Of a DNA stretch of 64,000 nt, positions 1-13,283 are shown piece after piece. The notes under the pieces are model-generated. The model searched no databases and was not told the origin of the DNA. It saw nothing but the letters and a program-made list of their open reading frames with translations. The translations under genes and the position numbers were made by a program. Every line of letters starts with the position of its first letter. The first letter of the stretch is position 1. This DNA is from Nymphaea colorata (Eukaryota), in the NCBI RefSeq assembly GCF_008831285.2, contig NC_045138.2:22816001-22880000 (forward strand), written 5' to 3'.

Positions 1-623
1 CATGATCAATATACGGAACACCCTACAATTTGTAACTTAGGAATTGATCGTAGAGGGCTAGAAGACATAATATTATTGCATTTTAAATGAACGACACCAG
101 AGAATACTAAAGTGAAAGCCATGACACAAGTATCAGCCTCGGGATTTTCAATCTTAATTTAAAGAGATACAACATTCATCAAAATAGGTACTAGAATAAT
201 ATTTGCAAGTAAAGAAGGTATAAAACCAATAAATTGTGGGGTATTCATCGATCATCTCATTTTTACTAAAGTTTTTTCTAATCACACATTAGTTATTGGG
301 TCGTACAGTTCTCAACTACATGCGAGGACATTTTAAAAAGTGCTTCAAAACTTGATGACTGACGTTTTACCAAAAAAACAAATGTTGACTCAAAGTCTCA
401 TTTTTACATCTAATGAACAAGGGAATAAAAGTTATTCAACGCATCTGTACGTTTACATTGAGTCATCACAAACATGCACATGATCTTTTTCACCTCATTC
501 ATTTCAAACTTTTTTTTTTTTCATGCATCCATTAGAACTAAATCAATGACCTACATTATTCTTGATGGGTCTATCACTTGACACCAGCCACAAGCACACG
601 TTTGTACATATGTGTGTGTGTCT

Positions 624-812
624 CACTGGTGGAGCCAGAAATTTTTGGTTATGGGGCGCTGTTATATAAATTCTCATTTTTGAATGGGAACAACATATAT
701 AAATAAGTAAATAATTGTAAGAAATTTATGTAAAAATATGTAAAAATAAATAAAAAATTTGTTGCCGAGGTGGGCAACTGCCCACACCAGCCTATATGTA
801 GCTATGCTAGTG
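624..812. mobile_element. Harbinger/Tourist-like MITE, CAGTGGCGGAGCCA family
   Basis: Ends CACTGGTGGAGCCA ... TAGCTATGCTAGTG are degenerate TIRs. AT-rich core, and internal GGTGGGCAACTGCCCACACCAGCC shared with other copies in the window. Confidence 0.65.
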
Positions 813-935
813 GTGTGTGTGTGTTTGTGTGTAAGAGAGAGAGAGAGAGAATCGAAAAGTGTTAGCTGCTGAATGGTGTTGAACAGATTATTTTAAAAAG
901 GTGCATGAGCAATGGTTTTTTGGGAACAGTCATTT

Positions 936-1146
936 AGAAGGCATTTGATATACATAGAATTATGAAATTTTAGAATCAAAATGCTCATTTTTTAAGAAAT
1001 CGGAATTATTAAACAAACAGGCCATTTTGTTTCCAAAATTAAGAAATTGAAACCTGAAATTTTGACTCCATTCCAGTTTGAGGAGAAAATATGATTATGG
1101 AATTTTCATTCTCCAATCAAAATTTCAAACCATTACATGCCCCATA
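936..1146. mobile_element. Degenerate Tourist-like MITE related to 20880-21298 (opposite orientation)
   Basis: Starts TAGAAGGCATTTGAT and ends ATTACATGCCCCATAA. Internal AAAATGCTCATTTTT and GGAATTTTCATTC motifs resemble the reverse complement of the 20880 element. Confidence 0.4.
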
Positions 1147-1251
1147 AGGTTAATTTTAAGGTCGACATTTTTTTTGGGTTTTCAGTGGAGGATATTTAAA
1201 AATATCCTTCCCACACTATACAATAGCCGACAAATTTCAGTATCCCCTTCT

Positions 1252-1255
<4 letters not shown>

Positions 1256-1314
<59 letters not shown>
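1256..1314. repeat. Compound (TG)n(GA)n microsatellite
   Basis: Directly visible. Similar SSRs at about 815-850, 2390-2420, 2607-2645, 3775-3808, 11888-11928, 18128-18162, 18855-18898, 26512-26535 and 45219-45300. Confidence 0.95.
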
Positions 1315-1454
1315 ATAAAAATTTTTGTCATTAATGTTTAGTACAAATAGAATTAATATTCTAGTAGCTTTCCCCTCCAGTTGCAAACACATACATGCCT
1401 GAGATATTGTCAATCCACCAATATTTGGAACAATGGCGTTTAAGGGGAGGGAGC

Positions 1455-2386
1455 TTAGGAGTACCCATTCTTGTGCTCTGTCTCGTTGATGGAACTTGCT
1501 TCTTCTACTTCTACCAATGAATTTGCTGACACAACGGAATTAGATGTGCCTCAATTAGGACGTGCCAAGGCAGCCACAAAGATCAACTTGCAGACTACAT
1601 ACTCCACCTCTTCATTGCACAATTCCAAGTAACATTACTTCAACAAGATTGACAAAAAAATGTGCAACCGATCTTCCCTTTATCCTTTTATTTTGGTTCT
1701 ATTCTTTTAAAACCAACTCAAGGCATGTTCTTCCAAATGAACTATATATGCAGTTATACTAATCGTTAGTTGGTTTCTTTTGAGAAGTAGCAGTAGAGTC
1801 ATGTCCAGGTGGGTCCCATCATCAATTATGGGGCTCATTGCCTATATAATATTTTTTTTTACTGGGGGAAAATATATTTAATTTTCAATTTGATTATATT
1901 AGGAGGTGTTTGATCGATTAGTTTAGTTTTCATAACTACATTTTCCAATAATTAACCCCTTTGCTAATGTAGCAAAAGTTTCGCCCTAGTGGTTCATCAA
2001 ACAGAGAATTTTAGGCCAGACTTAAGGTCCACATTTGAAATCCTCACTTTTACTTTCAGCTTTGGGAAAGCTGTGATCTAAGATAGGTGGAGATTCCAGA
2101 GACACCAAATCCTGAAGATATACACCAGAATAGATCAGAGGCAGTCAAATATGTTGCACATATGTAGTTTCTTGCAGCCACGTAAAGATGGTTCCTATCC
2201 TAATAAAACTGTATACATCATTAAATTTTCCTTAATTAACCTGAACCTAAATCAATCATGCTTCTATTAAATAATGGATGCTCAGCGTCTCAATCGAATT
2301 CTATGTTTGAATTTCCATACAATTTATAATGTGATACACATTAGGGGATGCAATGAGGGAATGGTAGCGTGCAAATATGTTTTTAC

Positions 2387-2420
<34 letters not shown>

Positions 2421-2607
2421 GGAGAATTAAAATCAACCAGATATAGTTATTTTTTGTTTTGTATTACTAAAACCCATCATCAAGTGTGCATTCTGTCACT
2501 AAAAACTATGGCCAAGAAATCGACCGTCACAAATACATCTTTTCAGATTATTTTTAGCGATATAAAATAAAAAAATAATTTTTTCAGCTACAGAAGTAGC
2601 CAGCAGC

Positions 2608-2643
<36 letters not shown>

Positions 2644-3443
2644 TGCATGCACGCACACAGCTCTATATGCTTGTACACACAAGCTCACACACACAAAGGA
2701 TGTGAATGTGTTGTAATGCTGACTCCATTTGGTAGGTTCAGCCGAAAATCCTTATGAAGATCATATTCAGTGAGGAACCAGCCGGTGGCTTGACCATTAC
2801 TTTCCTTAACATGGTACCGGAGCAGCTTCTTGGCCCCAATTAGTTCCCCTCCATCGTATATTTGCTCAGGTGGACTTCGAGCATTTAATACCCAATAACC
2901 CATCCTGTTACTTCTTTCCTCAGTCTTCTTTGTAAAGAAGCAAAAATCTGCTTCCTTAGTATTATTGATCTCTGTAGAAAAATCAAAAAAGGAAATGTTA
3001 TGACAAAGGCCTAAAAGGCATTGTTCCAAATCTACATCACGTGAATATATATGTGGACAAGTTTTTTTCTTTTTTAATTACTTGTAAAAGATTAGAATTA
3101 GTAGCTACAAAATCGATCACATCACAAGAAGCTTTGGCAGGTCTAGAGCTGAACCAACACAAGAAACCTTCAAGCCAACTATTTTGGCTAAAAAAGAAAG
3201 CAGATAAAACTATGCCACATTGTAGTCAAAACCATGAAAATTAGAGAGAGATAGAGTTCATATTCACTAGGTCCCACGGATTAAAATTGTAGATTTCAGC
3301 TTCTTTAATCAACTGGTCCTTATTGATGTCCCTATGTTTTGGAACCAAGTGAGAGAGAATCAAATTCTTGCCTTTTAGACTCATGGCTTAAAAACCAATA
3401 TTGCTTGCTCTCTTGCCTCTAGAATGAGTGTTTCAGCCGTCAT
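1455..3443 (-). pseudogene. Divergent NAC (NAM-domain) transcription factor, probably pseudogenised, 3 exons
   Basis: Exon 1 (~3443-3268): VFKP..KGKNLILSHLVPK..LIKEAEIYNFNPWDL (subdomains A/B). Exon 2 (2971-2724): EADFCFFTKK..RSNRMGYW..IGAKKLLRYH..TGWFLTEYDL (C/D). Exon 3 (from ~1607): VEYVVCKL (E). Typical NAC exon layout. Lesions: 8-nt frame disruption after FKP, intron phase mismatch, weak exon-3 acceptor, TGA at 1553-1551. Confidence 0.75.
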
Positions 3444-3708
3444 GATGAGCGCCTATTCATAAATAGAAATTTAAGAAGGTGAAACAATCTTCTTGTTTTG
3501 GTTGCTTTCATTGCATATGGTCTTTCCTTCCATAATTGAAGCAAATCTAATTCAATTTTATTGCACGACATTTTAACCCCCACTTAGAGAGCATGGCTTT
3601 TTTTTTCCTTTTTTTGAATTTCCACCAAAGGAATCTTTTTTATCCATATATGCTTCTTAAAGGTCTTATATAATTAGTTACAGACTAAGATCATGTAAGA
3701 TCAATTAC

Positions 3709-3772
3709 ATGTTGGGAGAACAACACTTTCTATATAAAAGATGTTGGGAGAACATCACTTTCTATATGAAAG
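3709..3772. repeat. 32-bp tandem duplication upstream of the NAC-like gene
   Basis: ATGTTGGGAGAACA(A/T)CACTTTCTATAT(A/G)AAAG x2. Confidence 0.9.
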
Positions 3773-3807
<35 letters not shown>

Positions 3808-5046
3808 AGCGGTCTCTGAAGGGATGCCCTAATTAAGCAGCTTATTGAACCTGAAATTCTAATTACATGGGAGAGTTTGGAAAAAACAGGCTACAAAATT
3901 AGCATTAGAGTAATCATGATACATTTTTTTTTTCTTTTGTAAGTGAATTGGGGTCATCCAAACCCTTGTGGAGTTTGATTGGAATCAAACTGGATATATT
4001 GTAGTTTACCATATTTGACTTGCCATATTCCAATTGGATGTATCCTTTGCCATATTCAATTTAGGAGAGTACTGGATTTTTAAGCAGGTGAAGGATATAA
4101 TCTGAGACCATATTGGAGAGGCTTTTTAATTCACAATATGAATATAATCTGAATCCGACTTCTAGAATTACGACCTAATCCAAACCACAGTATAATATGT
4201 TAAGAACTGGCATCCAAAATCTATGGATATTATATACAGAAAACTTTATCTAGCTATCTTAATGCTTATCATGGAACCAGATATTTATTGTTATCAGATG
4301 CCATTCCTTAAGTCTGATTCAATCTAATTTTTCAACTCATATTTGACTTATTTAAAGCAATTTGATTGCATTGTCTAATTTGAATTGATCCATTTACTTC
4401 TCTAACCAAGACGTCATACATAATCATTTTCCCCAACAATTTCCATCTAAAGTAATACTAAGAAATGTGCACTTCCATTGGACTCTTGATTACGTTCAAC
4501 TTAAGATGAAATGCAGTGTTTTGATGACGATCAATATATGTGGTGAATTGATCACCAACACCATGCCATAATTTTCCAACCCTCAGTGTATGATAACAAC
4601 GCATGTCCAGAATGTGAGATAAACAAATGAACATGAAATAATGCGATAAGAAAATGACACTTTACATACATATAAATGAAATAGTATAAGCAGACATTTG
4701 TTATCTCACATTATTCACAGGCATTAGTTATCTCACATCATTCACTAACCATACTTACCATTATTAAGAAGCTCTTAACTCATCTCACACAATGGAAACA
4801 CGGTCCTTATCTTACACAATTAACAAACATTATAGACACACCAATAAAGACATTTGTTATTAATAAAATGCATTTATTATCGATCATCTTGTTCGTGTCG
4901 TTTTGGTTTTGATAGATTTTGATTCAAATCATCAATTTTGAGAGTGAAAACAGTAACATGCCTAATCAACGTGTTTATTGCTGCCAACAATTTGTTTTCC
5001 CCATCAAGGATAGGATGTTAGGCTGCAGTCCCTTCATTCTCCTTAC

Positions 5047-6090
5047 CTCGTTTTGCTGTAGATCTCCCTCTCAGCAAGCTCTTCCCTTGGAGTTGGTGGA
5101 AGTGATGATGATGATGATGAGACATGATGTGCATCTATGGATGACAACAAACACATGCAAATTTCTCCATGTGGAGATGGTGATGGGAGTGGGAAAATCT
5201 CCTGTTGTTGTGGACGGTGGTGGAGATGGTGATGGGAGTGGGAAAATCTCCTGTTGTTGTGGACGGTGGCAACTCGATTAAAAAGCTTTCGGGTATGCAA
5301 GTATGAACTACATCCTAATACTGCTCGCGGTGTCCTGGTGCAAACCTCTCACCATCGTAAGCAACGGCCCCTGATGAAACCAATTATAGAGGTCCTTATG
5401 AAACAATGATTGTCAGTCAATTCCAACCCCAAAAACAGTTTTGTTCCTTGCTCTCGTGTAGAGCTGAGGTGGCTGCGGAATTGACTAGCCCAAACTGGTG
5501 CTGCATGAGGACTCACCTATCGTGCTACAATTCTACCTTGTTTATGAAGAACAACCAGATATCTTTGGATAACCGCTCAAGCACTTTTACGATATTCCAA
5601 TATTGCTCTTTTATAAGGTCATATGGTCTAAATTGCGCCTGCACATAAATAAAATGGTGCACTGTACACAAGTATTCTATTATCCTTATTGAGCAAAATA
5701 TGAAACACTATTTGCGAAACATACCCCACTCATTGAAGATTCAATATGATTGACCTTGATGCATCTGCATCATTATAATCTATAGAACTGATACATTTTC
5801 ATTGTACATGCAATGGGTGTGCCTCTATATATAAACGGTCTACGACTGGTTTAATAGATGATATGTGCTTCCACATTCATAACTGCAGAGCAAATAAAGA
5901 TATTACAAGGTGAAGAGTAGTAATTTTTGCAATAAAATTACATGATGAATGCACTATCTATACTTGTATCAACAACCAACATCCTCCCACGGATGCAACC
6001 TCTCTCCTAATTCGTTCCAGCTGGCTACACAAGTATGCAAACACAGTTGTCCTCGTATGTAGCTGCATCTAGTTTAAATCTTCCAAAAAT
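5047..6090 (-). pseudogene. Plant mobile domain (PMD, MAIN-like) pseudogene with introns, probably MULE-derived
   Basis: Exon ending 5964: FLEDLN..VFAYLCSQLERIRREVASVGGCWLLIQ|GT. Exon 5882-5725: AG|L*MWKHISSIKP..HPLHVQ*. Exon 5638-5047: AG|AQFRPY..WLFFINKVEL*HDR*VLMQHQFGL..IPQPP..ID*..HKDLYNW..HTRKLF. PMD motifs are in the expected order. Many stops and frameshifts. Confidence 0.75.
5172..5269. repeat. Perfect 49-bp tandem duplication
   Basis: TGGAGATGGTGATGGGAGTGGGAAAATCTCCTGTTGTTGTGGACGGTGG at 5172-5220 and 5221-5269. Confidence 0.97.
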
Positions 6091-6149
6091 TAGACGTGCC
6101 GACTAAAAAACTAGGCAATGCATGTGTTTCAGCTCCACACGTTTAACAA

Positions 6150-6216
6150 AAGGGCGGGCACGAACTCGTGTTTGAGTCGAGTTTTCTCGAGTTGCTCGGC
6201 TCATTGTGCAGGCCTA
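6150..6216. mobile_element. Short hAT-type MITE remnant
   Basis: AGGGCGGGCACGA ... TGTGCAGGCCTA ends with CTCGAG/GAGTCGAG subterminal repeats, like the 19643 element. Confidence 0.4.
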
Positions 6217-9200
6217 TTGACTGGACTAGATCACGACAACTCTAGTTGTTCATGACCATTTGGAACTTGTTTTGTTTAAAGTGGGATTTTTTCATAAACT
6301 CAGCTGTTACCATTACCCAATCACTCCATGGTTGCCATTTTGAACAAAAAACTGTATTTTGTGGTTTAATGATGTAAGTAACAAAGGGTAATGTCGAAAA
6401 TGTTTTTGGCATATCAGAATCACACTTCCACTCCTTATTTGATCATTTTTCAATCAGTGAAACTCTTATTAAAAGAAAAAACATAATAAGAAATTGAAAT
6501 TATAAGAAAAAGGGAAAAAATATTGTGGCTATTGATGCACTAGGGATACAGTACAATTGTGGCTATTGATACATGTATCTCTTGTAACATTATTGGTGGT
6601 CAAATAATTGCCCGTGTCATTAATGTCTCTCCACATGGTAGCCTCTCAATCGATATAAATCATAACAGATATATGTAAGGTCGATATAGCCTTGTTTTTT
6701 ATTGTCAATGTACTGGGTTTAAAATATTTCAAGTTATTTTCGAAATTCAAAAAAAAAGGAAGGAGAAAAAAAAGAGCGACATAGGCGTATACGGCCTACT
6801 GGTAAGCAAACGATCGAATTCAGAGCTAGCCGCCGTACCTTTTCTCACAACGTTCATAATTGCAGTAATCTTGCTGCAATTGGGCGGTCAAACTGTTGAT
6901 GCAAGTTACTACTGTAATCTTGAGAATGCATCTTCTGGTTACAGTATTCTAAAGATCATTCAAAAAAAATGAGGCATGTACGACTCAATCATAAAACATG
7001 CACAGTTGGAACACCACCACATATGAAGCTTAGCTATCTAATAATTTGAAGCAGTTATTTCATGTCTTTCACTAGGAAAGACTAATTCGTCGACCTAATT
7101 GCAGTTTCCATTCTTTGTCAGTTTTGGTCATGCACAAATTTCTGTCAAGATAGTATTAGAAAGTCCCATGACAGACAAAGATATTCCATTGAACAAATGA
7201 AGTATTTTCGGGTGGGAGAGCAACGACCCACCGCCCAAAAAGGCCCTTCCATTCTCCTTTCCTCTAGGATCTGCACTCGTATATATAGTATGTCAAATCC
7301 TCCATTTTATTTGCAAGCAGACCCCAACCTCTTCCTTTCATTGCCCTCAAGGTCTAGAGCTATACTTGTACTAGTGCCTGGTCTGATAACTTAGTATCAA
7401 GTTGCCACACCATTCATACAAAGGCATGAAAATAGCAACTAACCAGGCTATACCCGTTAGATGCTATTTAGCAGGCACAAGGTGTGAGTTTTCATGGATT
7501 TACCTCAAAATTGAGATACATTCATGAGACACTTAAATAAGTGTCTATGAGTTTATCTTAATTTTAACACAAATTCATGTATCACTCGCACCGTGTTCCG
7601 ATAGCAAAGCGACCATGTCACTGGAGTGGACCATTGCCCACCCCAGGCCATCAAAGCTTCTATTGAAACTGTGCTGGACCAGGGTCCAGTCATGTACAGT
7701 GCCCTTGTTAAACCAAGGTCTGTGCCCACATATGCCCAATCTAGTAAGCCAAAGGCTAAGGAATAAGTGCCCTTTAGCTAAAATGTTTAGGGTTCCTCCG
7801 TTGCCTTGTTCCTAATGTCAAACGGGTCCTTAGAGTATCTATACTCTTTAAGTCTTTGATATTTCACAGCAACCATATAATGCTAAATGCTTGGTCCACA
7901 AATCGTGGATTATGGTTTGAGGGATATATATATATATATATATCATCCACTAACACTTGTTCGCTAAACCGAGGCATTAACTGGGTCTCCTTAATTTCAG
8001 TTTAAAAACACGAGATGGGGGTCGGAATCTTCATGAAGACTTCTAATGGCATCCTAAAACATTTGGTTCTAATTGCGGCAAACGAGTCCCATGGAACCAA
8101 AACCAAGAATGTTGCAGGGACAGTGGCGTGGCCAAAACCGACGAAGACATGAATGTTGGCCTATAACAGTAGGTTTATATATGTAGCCATCGTGTTGGAT
8201 TTCCTTTGGAATTTGGGTTGTGTTTTGGTGGTGAACGAGAGTGTCGAGGCCAAGCGGGCAGCCTGCCGTTGGGAGTGTTCTGTTGAAGTCTGATGGGACA
8301 GGCGGCGCTCATTTTCTTGCAGATTTTGCTTCTTGAGTGCGGAGTTTCACGATCTGAGTAAAAAATCATTTTTCTTGCTTTTTTAAATTTAACTGCTGTC
8401 GTAGAAGTACTTTTTTTTCTTCCTGTTCTTCTTTTCTGATTCTTTTTTCGTGAACGGGGGGGGGAGAGAGAGAGAGTGGGAGTGATTCGAATTTCAAAAT
8501 GGAATAAATTACAAAAACCAGCTCAATGTTTCGAAGATTTACAAATCAGTGCCAAATTAGACGTTTACTCGCTCAATATGTGGGGGTAATTGATTCTCAA
8601 ATAGCCACTCCTACTGCTTGTAATTCATGTAGTTTGAGCAACAGATAGATGCAAAAACCACAAACATATACCGCTTTTGTTGTTTGGAGGACCATCTTCT
8701 CTTCTGCCTCTCTCTCTACACTCTATACTGTGTGTATGGGTTCATTTGCTAGATGTAGAGTTGAATTCTACGTGCAGACGACATGAACAATATTGGTACG
8801 AGCTGAGCTTGTGGTCTTGCAGTTATTGTACAATGTCCAGAGAAGGTGTAATTCATAAGTTCTTGTTTTGATTGCCTGTTGTTTCATGTTAGGTGCATTT
8901 GGTTAATTCGTGGTTTTTCTTCAATGACAAAGAGCAAAGACCTCCTTCATTATTCTTGTCTTTTAAACGCTGAAATTTTACATTTAAGGTAAATCATGTT
9001 TCCCTCAACAAAGTTGTTTTACTTTGTAAACTAATTGGGTGCTATTGCTTTGGACTGCAACCCCGGTGAAAGGTGTTCTGCTTTTTACTCACGTCCTAAA
9101 GCAGTCTTGAGACTCCAATATGACAGGAAAGATGGGTTTAGCCTCCTTCTTCGATTTTCTCATATTTTTCAAAAATAGTTACTACTTTTTCTTGTGTATT

Positions 9201-11680
9201 GAGAGCGAAGAACTACATGCAAATGAATGAAAAAACAAGTACTACCCAGTAGTATTTGTACATGATAATTATTGGCTTTTAGCCATGTCCCATCCAAGGG
9301 CGAAGGGAGTGGGGGCCGGCCTAGGCCGTGGCCCCACCCCCAACTAAAAAATACCTTAAAAAAATTAAAAAATTTTAATTGCGTAGTGTATTTTTTATAT
9401 TCGGGTTTAGTTTGACTCCCATTAAAGGTTTATAGGTTTAAGTAAGAAATATGATGTGAACTGGCACCATGTTTCAAGAGGGCCTCTTAGTGGAGCTTTG
9501 AATCTCTTCCTTTAGCGGCGACCCCCACAAGAAGACTTTTATTGATCAAACAACTAATTAATGGAGAAAAAGAGAAAGGCTAATTAAGTCTGGAAGAGAG
9601 AGAAAGCGTGTAACGCTTTTGGATGAACGCATAATGCAAAAAGTGGGGAAGAATTACCCAAAACATCAGAACTTTCTAAAGAAGAGTATGGTAAATTCCC
9701 GAACAGCATAGTATTTTTCCCTTGTTTGCCCTATGAGTTCAAATGTAAATATTTGAAGGTTAGGTTGTCATTTGTAAATCATTTATATGTTGAGAACTTT
9801 TTTTTTTTTGGAATTATATGTACAAACGCGATGCAGCTTTTAAAATATGTAAGCCCATGTTGGGAAAGTTATAACCAAAAACTCTATTATTGTAATCAAT
9901 CCAAAATATGATTGGAAGATCTGACAGGCTGTTTGGAATAGTAACAAATTGTTTATGTACAGATTTATGAATCCAAGTAAGATAGTATTTCATGAATTTA
10001 TCCCAAATTTTAAGCAAAATCACTAGACAATAACAATTTGTGAGCACCAAGCAACTCCTGAAGGAACACTTACTCCATCATATAAAAAATTACTTTTCAT
10101 AAGCAATTGTTTTTTTTTTATCCATCCACCCTTACAGATATTATCTACATGCTTCTTTTATCCAAAAAAAAAAACGGAAAAATTAAATCAAGCAATGTGA
10201 GGTTAATTAAATTTGTCTGGTACCAAACGTAAGTCTCCAAAATTCAGTTTTTTCATGTCCAGACAACAAGATCTGAAACACCATATGTATCAACAAGTCA
10301 AGTTGGATTTTAGTTATAGTTTCCACAACATGGGTGTAGAGACAACGGAAACACCAAATGATGATACCAATAATAATAATTGTTATTATCATATGAAATG
10401 TATTAACTCATTCCTAAATTAGAAAATGGTCTTATAAGAGTCTTTTTAATTATTCTTTCTAAAAATCTTCACATTTAAAAGCAGGCACATTGTCATCAAA
10501 ATCATGTTAAGGTGAATTATGGAAGGAAAAAATATGGTTGATTTCAAAACTAACCAAATCTTATCTATACCTTTATAGAGCATCCTTGCTTTCCCATTTC
10601 TAATGTTTTGAATGGAGAAACTCACATTCATAGGCAGATTTTCGAGAAAAAAGAGTGAGAAATGTTGAAAATGGAGCAAACTTCAAACAAGACGGCTCTC
10701 CCTTCTCTTTTTTCATAAATTGAATAAAAGGCCTGACCGGTAGGCACCGTCAGCATAGTTGAAACTTTGATTCTTGAAAAGACAACTCTCCGCCCATTTT
10801 AATTAACCATGAAAAAATTTATGTCTTTTTACTAATATATATTCAAACAATAAGTGCGTTTATTTGGTATTGTGAAAAACATAAAGTGTCTTTTGTAAAT
10901 CTTCCTCGGCTAAAGTCTAAAACCACTCTCTTTTTCTTTACCCTTTGCGGTCGAACTGTCATATGTAATTTCCAGAAAAAGTGATTAGGGTTAAGAAGTT
11001 TTCACAAGGACATTTAATTTTTTTTAAAGAACCTTTTCAAAAGAGGTCTAAAGTTTGAATATTTTCCAAATGCATGCCTGAAATTTGAAAAGAAATTGAA
11101 TCCGACGGCTAAATTTTGGTGTATTTACAAAGACATGGGAAATTAAGTCACATCTGATATCGGCTAAGTTAGTCTGCTTGGCCTGATAGCAACGCGAGTC
11201 AAGAGAAGCCTGTTCCTAAGACCTAAGAGTCTATTTCCTAAAACACCACGCAAATGTAACCTTTAGAAAATTAAAGGTGCTTCTGTTAAATATGTTAAAA
11301 CTTAGACCCGTGTTTGACTTTTTTCCTTTCCCTTTCGGGTTTGGCGGAGGAACGACACGACCATCACCAGCCTTTCTTTTAGTGCTGTATACGACATGCT
11401 GCCTTCACCTTAATGTGAATTATAAAAGAAATTTAAGTCATTTCCGCAATTTCTTTTACTTTCCGGAGATAGATAAGTGTAGACGCTGCGTGATTAAATC
11501 TAATTGCTGACAATTGAACCCAATCCACTTCTCAATCCTTGAATATTTTTAAAGGTTTCCTTATTTTGAAAATTTTACATATTTCTTATTTTATTTTTCA
11601 TTATATATGTATATGTAAAAAAATTGAATGGTAACTCTATCTTTTTATAGTAATCCAACCATCTAATATGTACTATTTGA

Positions 11681-11835
11681 TCTAATATGTTGGATGGTTA
11701 AGAGAAAAAGATGAACAAAAGTGAAAAAGATATTTCGTCGCCTAATATTAGTTTGCATCTAATATGTTTGATGGTTAAGAAAAAAATATGAACAAAAGTG
11801 AAATAGATATTTCCGTCTTCTAATATTAGTTTGCA
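11681..11835. repeat. ~77-bp tandem duplication
   Basis: TCTAATATGTT(G/T)GATGGTTAAGA..ATGAACAAAAGTGAAA..AGATATTTC..TAATATTAGTTTGCA x2. Confidence 0.9.
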
Positions 11836-11883
11836 TTTTTGTTCTTGCTTTTTTAATAGAGTAGGTAGATGGCTGAATATTGT

Positions 11884-11931
<48 letters not shown>

Positions 11932-13283
11932 TCGGCACCCTGGCCCATTGAATTTACGATTCTGAATAAGGCAGGGTAAAGACCTTATCCAATACAAAGT
12001 TGCAGAAGGTGACTGGATTTTCGAATAAGTTGGATAAAACCCTTCGTTATATGTCTCTGACCCAGAGTTGCAGAAGATGACAGTCCCAATAACACGCACA
12101 GCTCAAAAGAAGCAGCACATGCATCTCTCTCTCTCTCTCTCATTGGGGGCACCGGACACAAGATTACCTTAGTGGCAGGCGCAGAGCATCCAAGGGAAGA
12201 TCAGTCCGGTCAAAATGAAAATCCTCTGGTAAACGTTATTATTCAGTCGCAGCAGCCATTTGTTTAGAAATAAATTTGTTTGATCCCCCTGTTCACCTTC
12301 TGTACGTATCAACTCTTATCCTTCATTGCTGCCGCTGCTACTCATTCATTACATGATTCGCTACTTTTTTTAAAACGTTTCTGACTTATGCTTTCGCCAT
12401 CGTTCAATCACTGTGCAACAAATGACCTCCAGAGCAGGTGATCCTGACTCGATATTTGGACTTGTTCAAGTAAAAAATGTGGAGAACAGAAAAGACAGCT
12501 ACCAACCCACATGCCACATTTCCAAGAAAGTTTATTTAAATGCCTTACAGATGGAAGACAGAACTCCATTTGCCCATAGATGCCGACTACCCAAGCCTTA
12601 AAACGCTACAAAAGACAGTAACCTTTGCTCCACAAAAGAGCTTAAGATCATCCACTAGATCCTTTTTAAGTCATCGCCACAAAGACTGCCATGTGTGCTG
12701 GAAAAATAAGGTCGGCTCTATTAACTGTTGCGAGCTTTCGAGAGGTGTATATGTTCCTGTCACACAACCAGTCCTTTTAAAGGTCACTTTTTCTGGTGAT
12801 GATAACGCGACAAAAACTGTTCTTTCGTTTCCTTTCCATGTCCATTCATGCTTTTTGCATTTTTTGCTACATTTTGTTTATTAAAAAAAATCCCAAGTGG
12901 TACTATAGAACTGCTGAGAGACAAACGATGGGACGAACATGTAGTTACATCTACAGGGACAACAACAGATCAGAAGCTCTCACAAATTCATTCATAACCC
13001 GGTAAGCAGGCTCAACAATTTTACAAGGAAAGGCCTAGGTTTTTGGCCTTCCCATATCTTTTACAAGGAGCAAAAGATACACCAAACAAAACAAATACCA
13101 ACAAGAGGGAGAAGATCAGATCACGCATTTTGGCAGCTGCGCTAGGCAAGCACTAAAACATCACATCTTTTTGAGTTGAAAATAGAAAAGATGGGAAGTA
13201 AAAATTAAGGCTTAGCTTTAAGTACATTTTAATGGTACATTCTGTGGGGCTAGAAGGACAGAGAGAGGAATCTTACCCATCTT

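Noticed and set aside
4919..5281. 120-aa + strand ORF
   Set aside because: Antisense to the PMD pseudogene and built from GAT repeats and the 49-bp duplication; no recognisable protein.
7197..7394. ORF beginning MKYFRVGEQ, faintly like the PMD 'FPVGE' motif
   Set aside because: Wrong strand relative to the nearby PMD relic and no further motif support.
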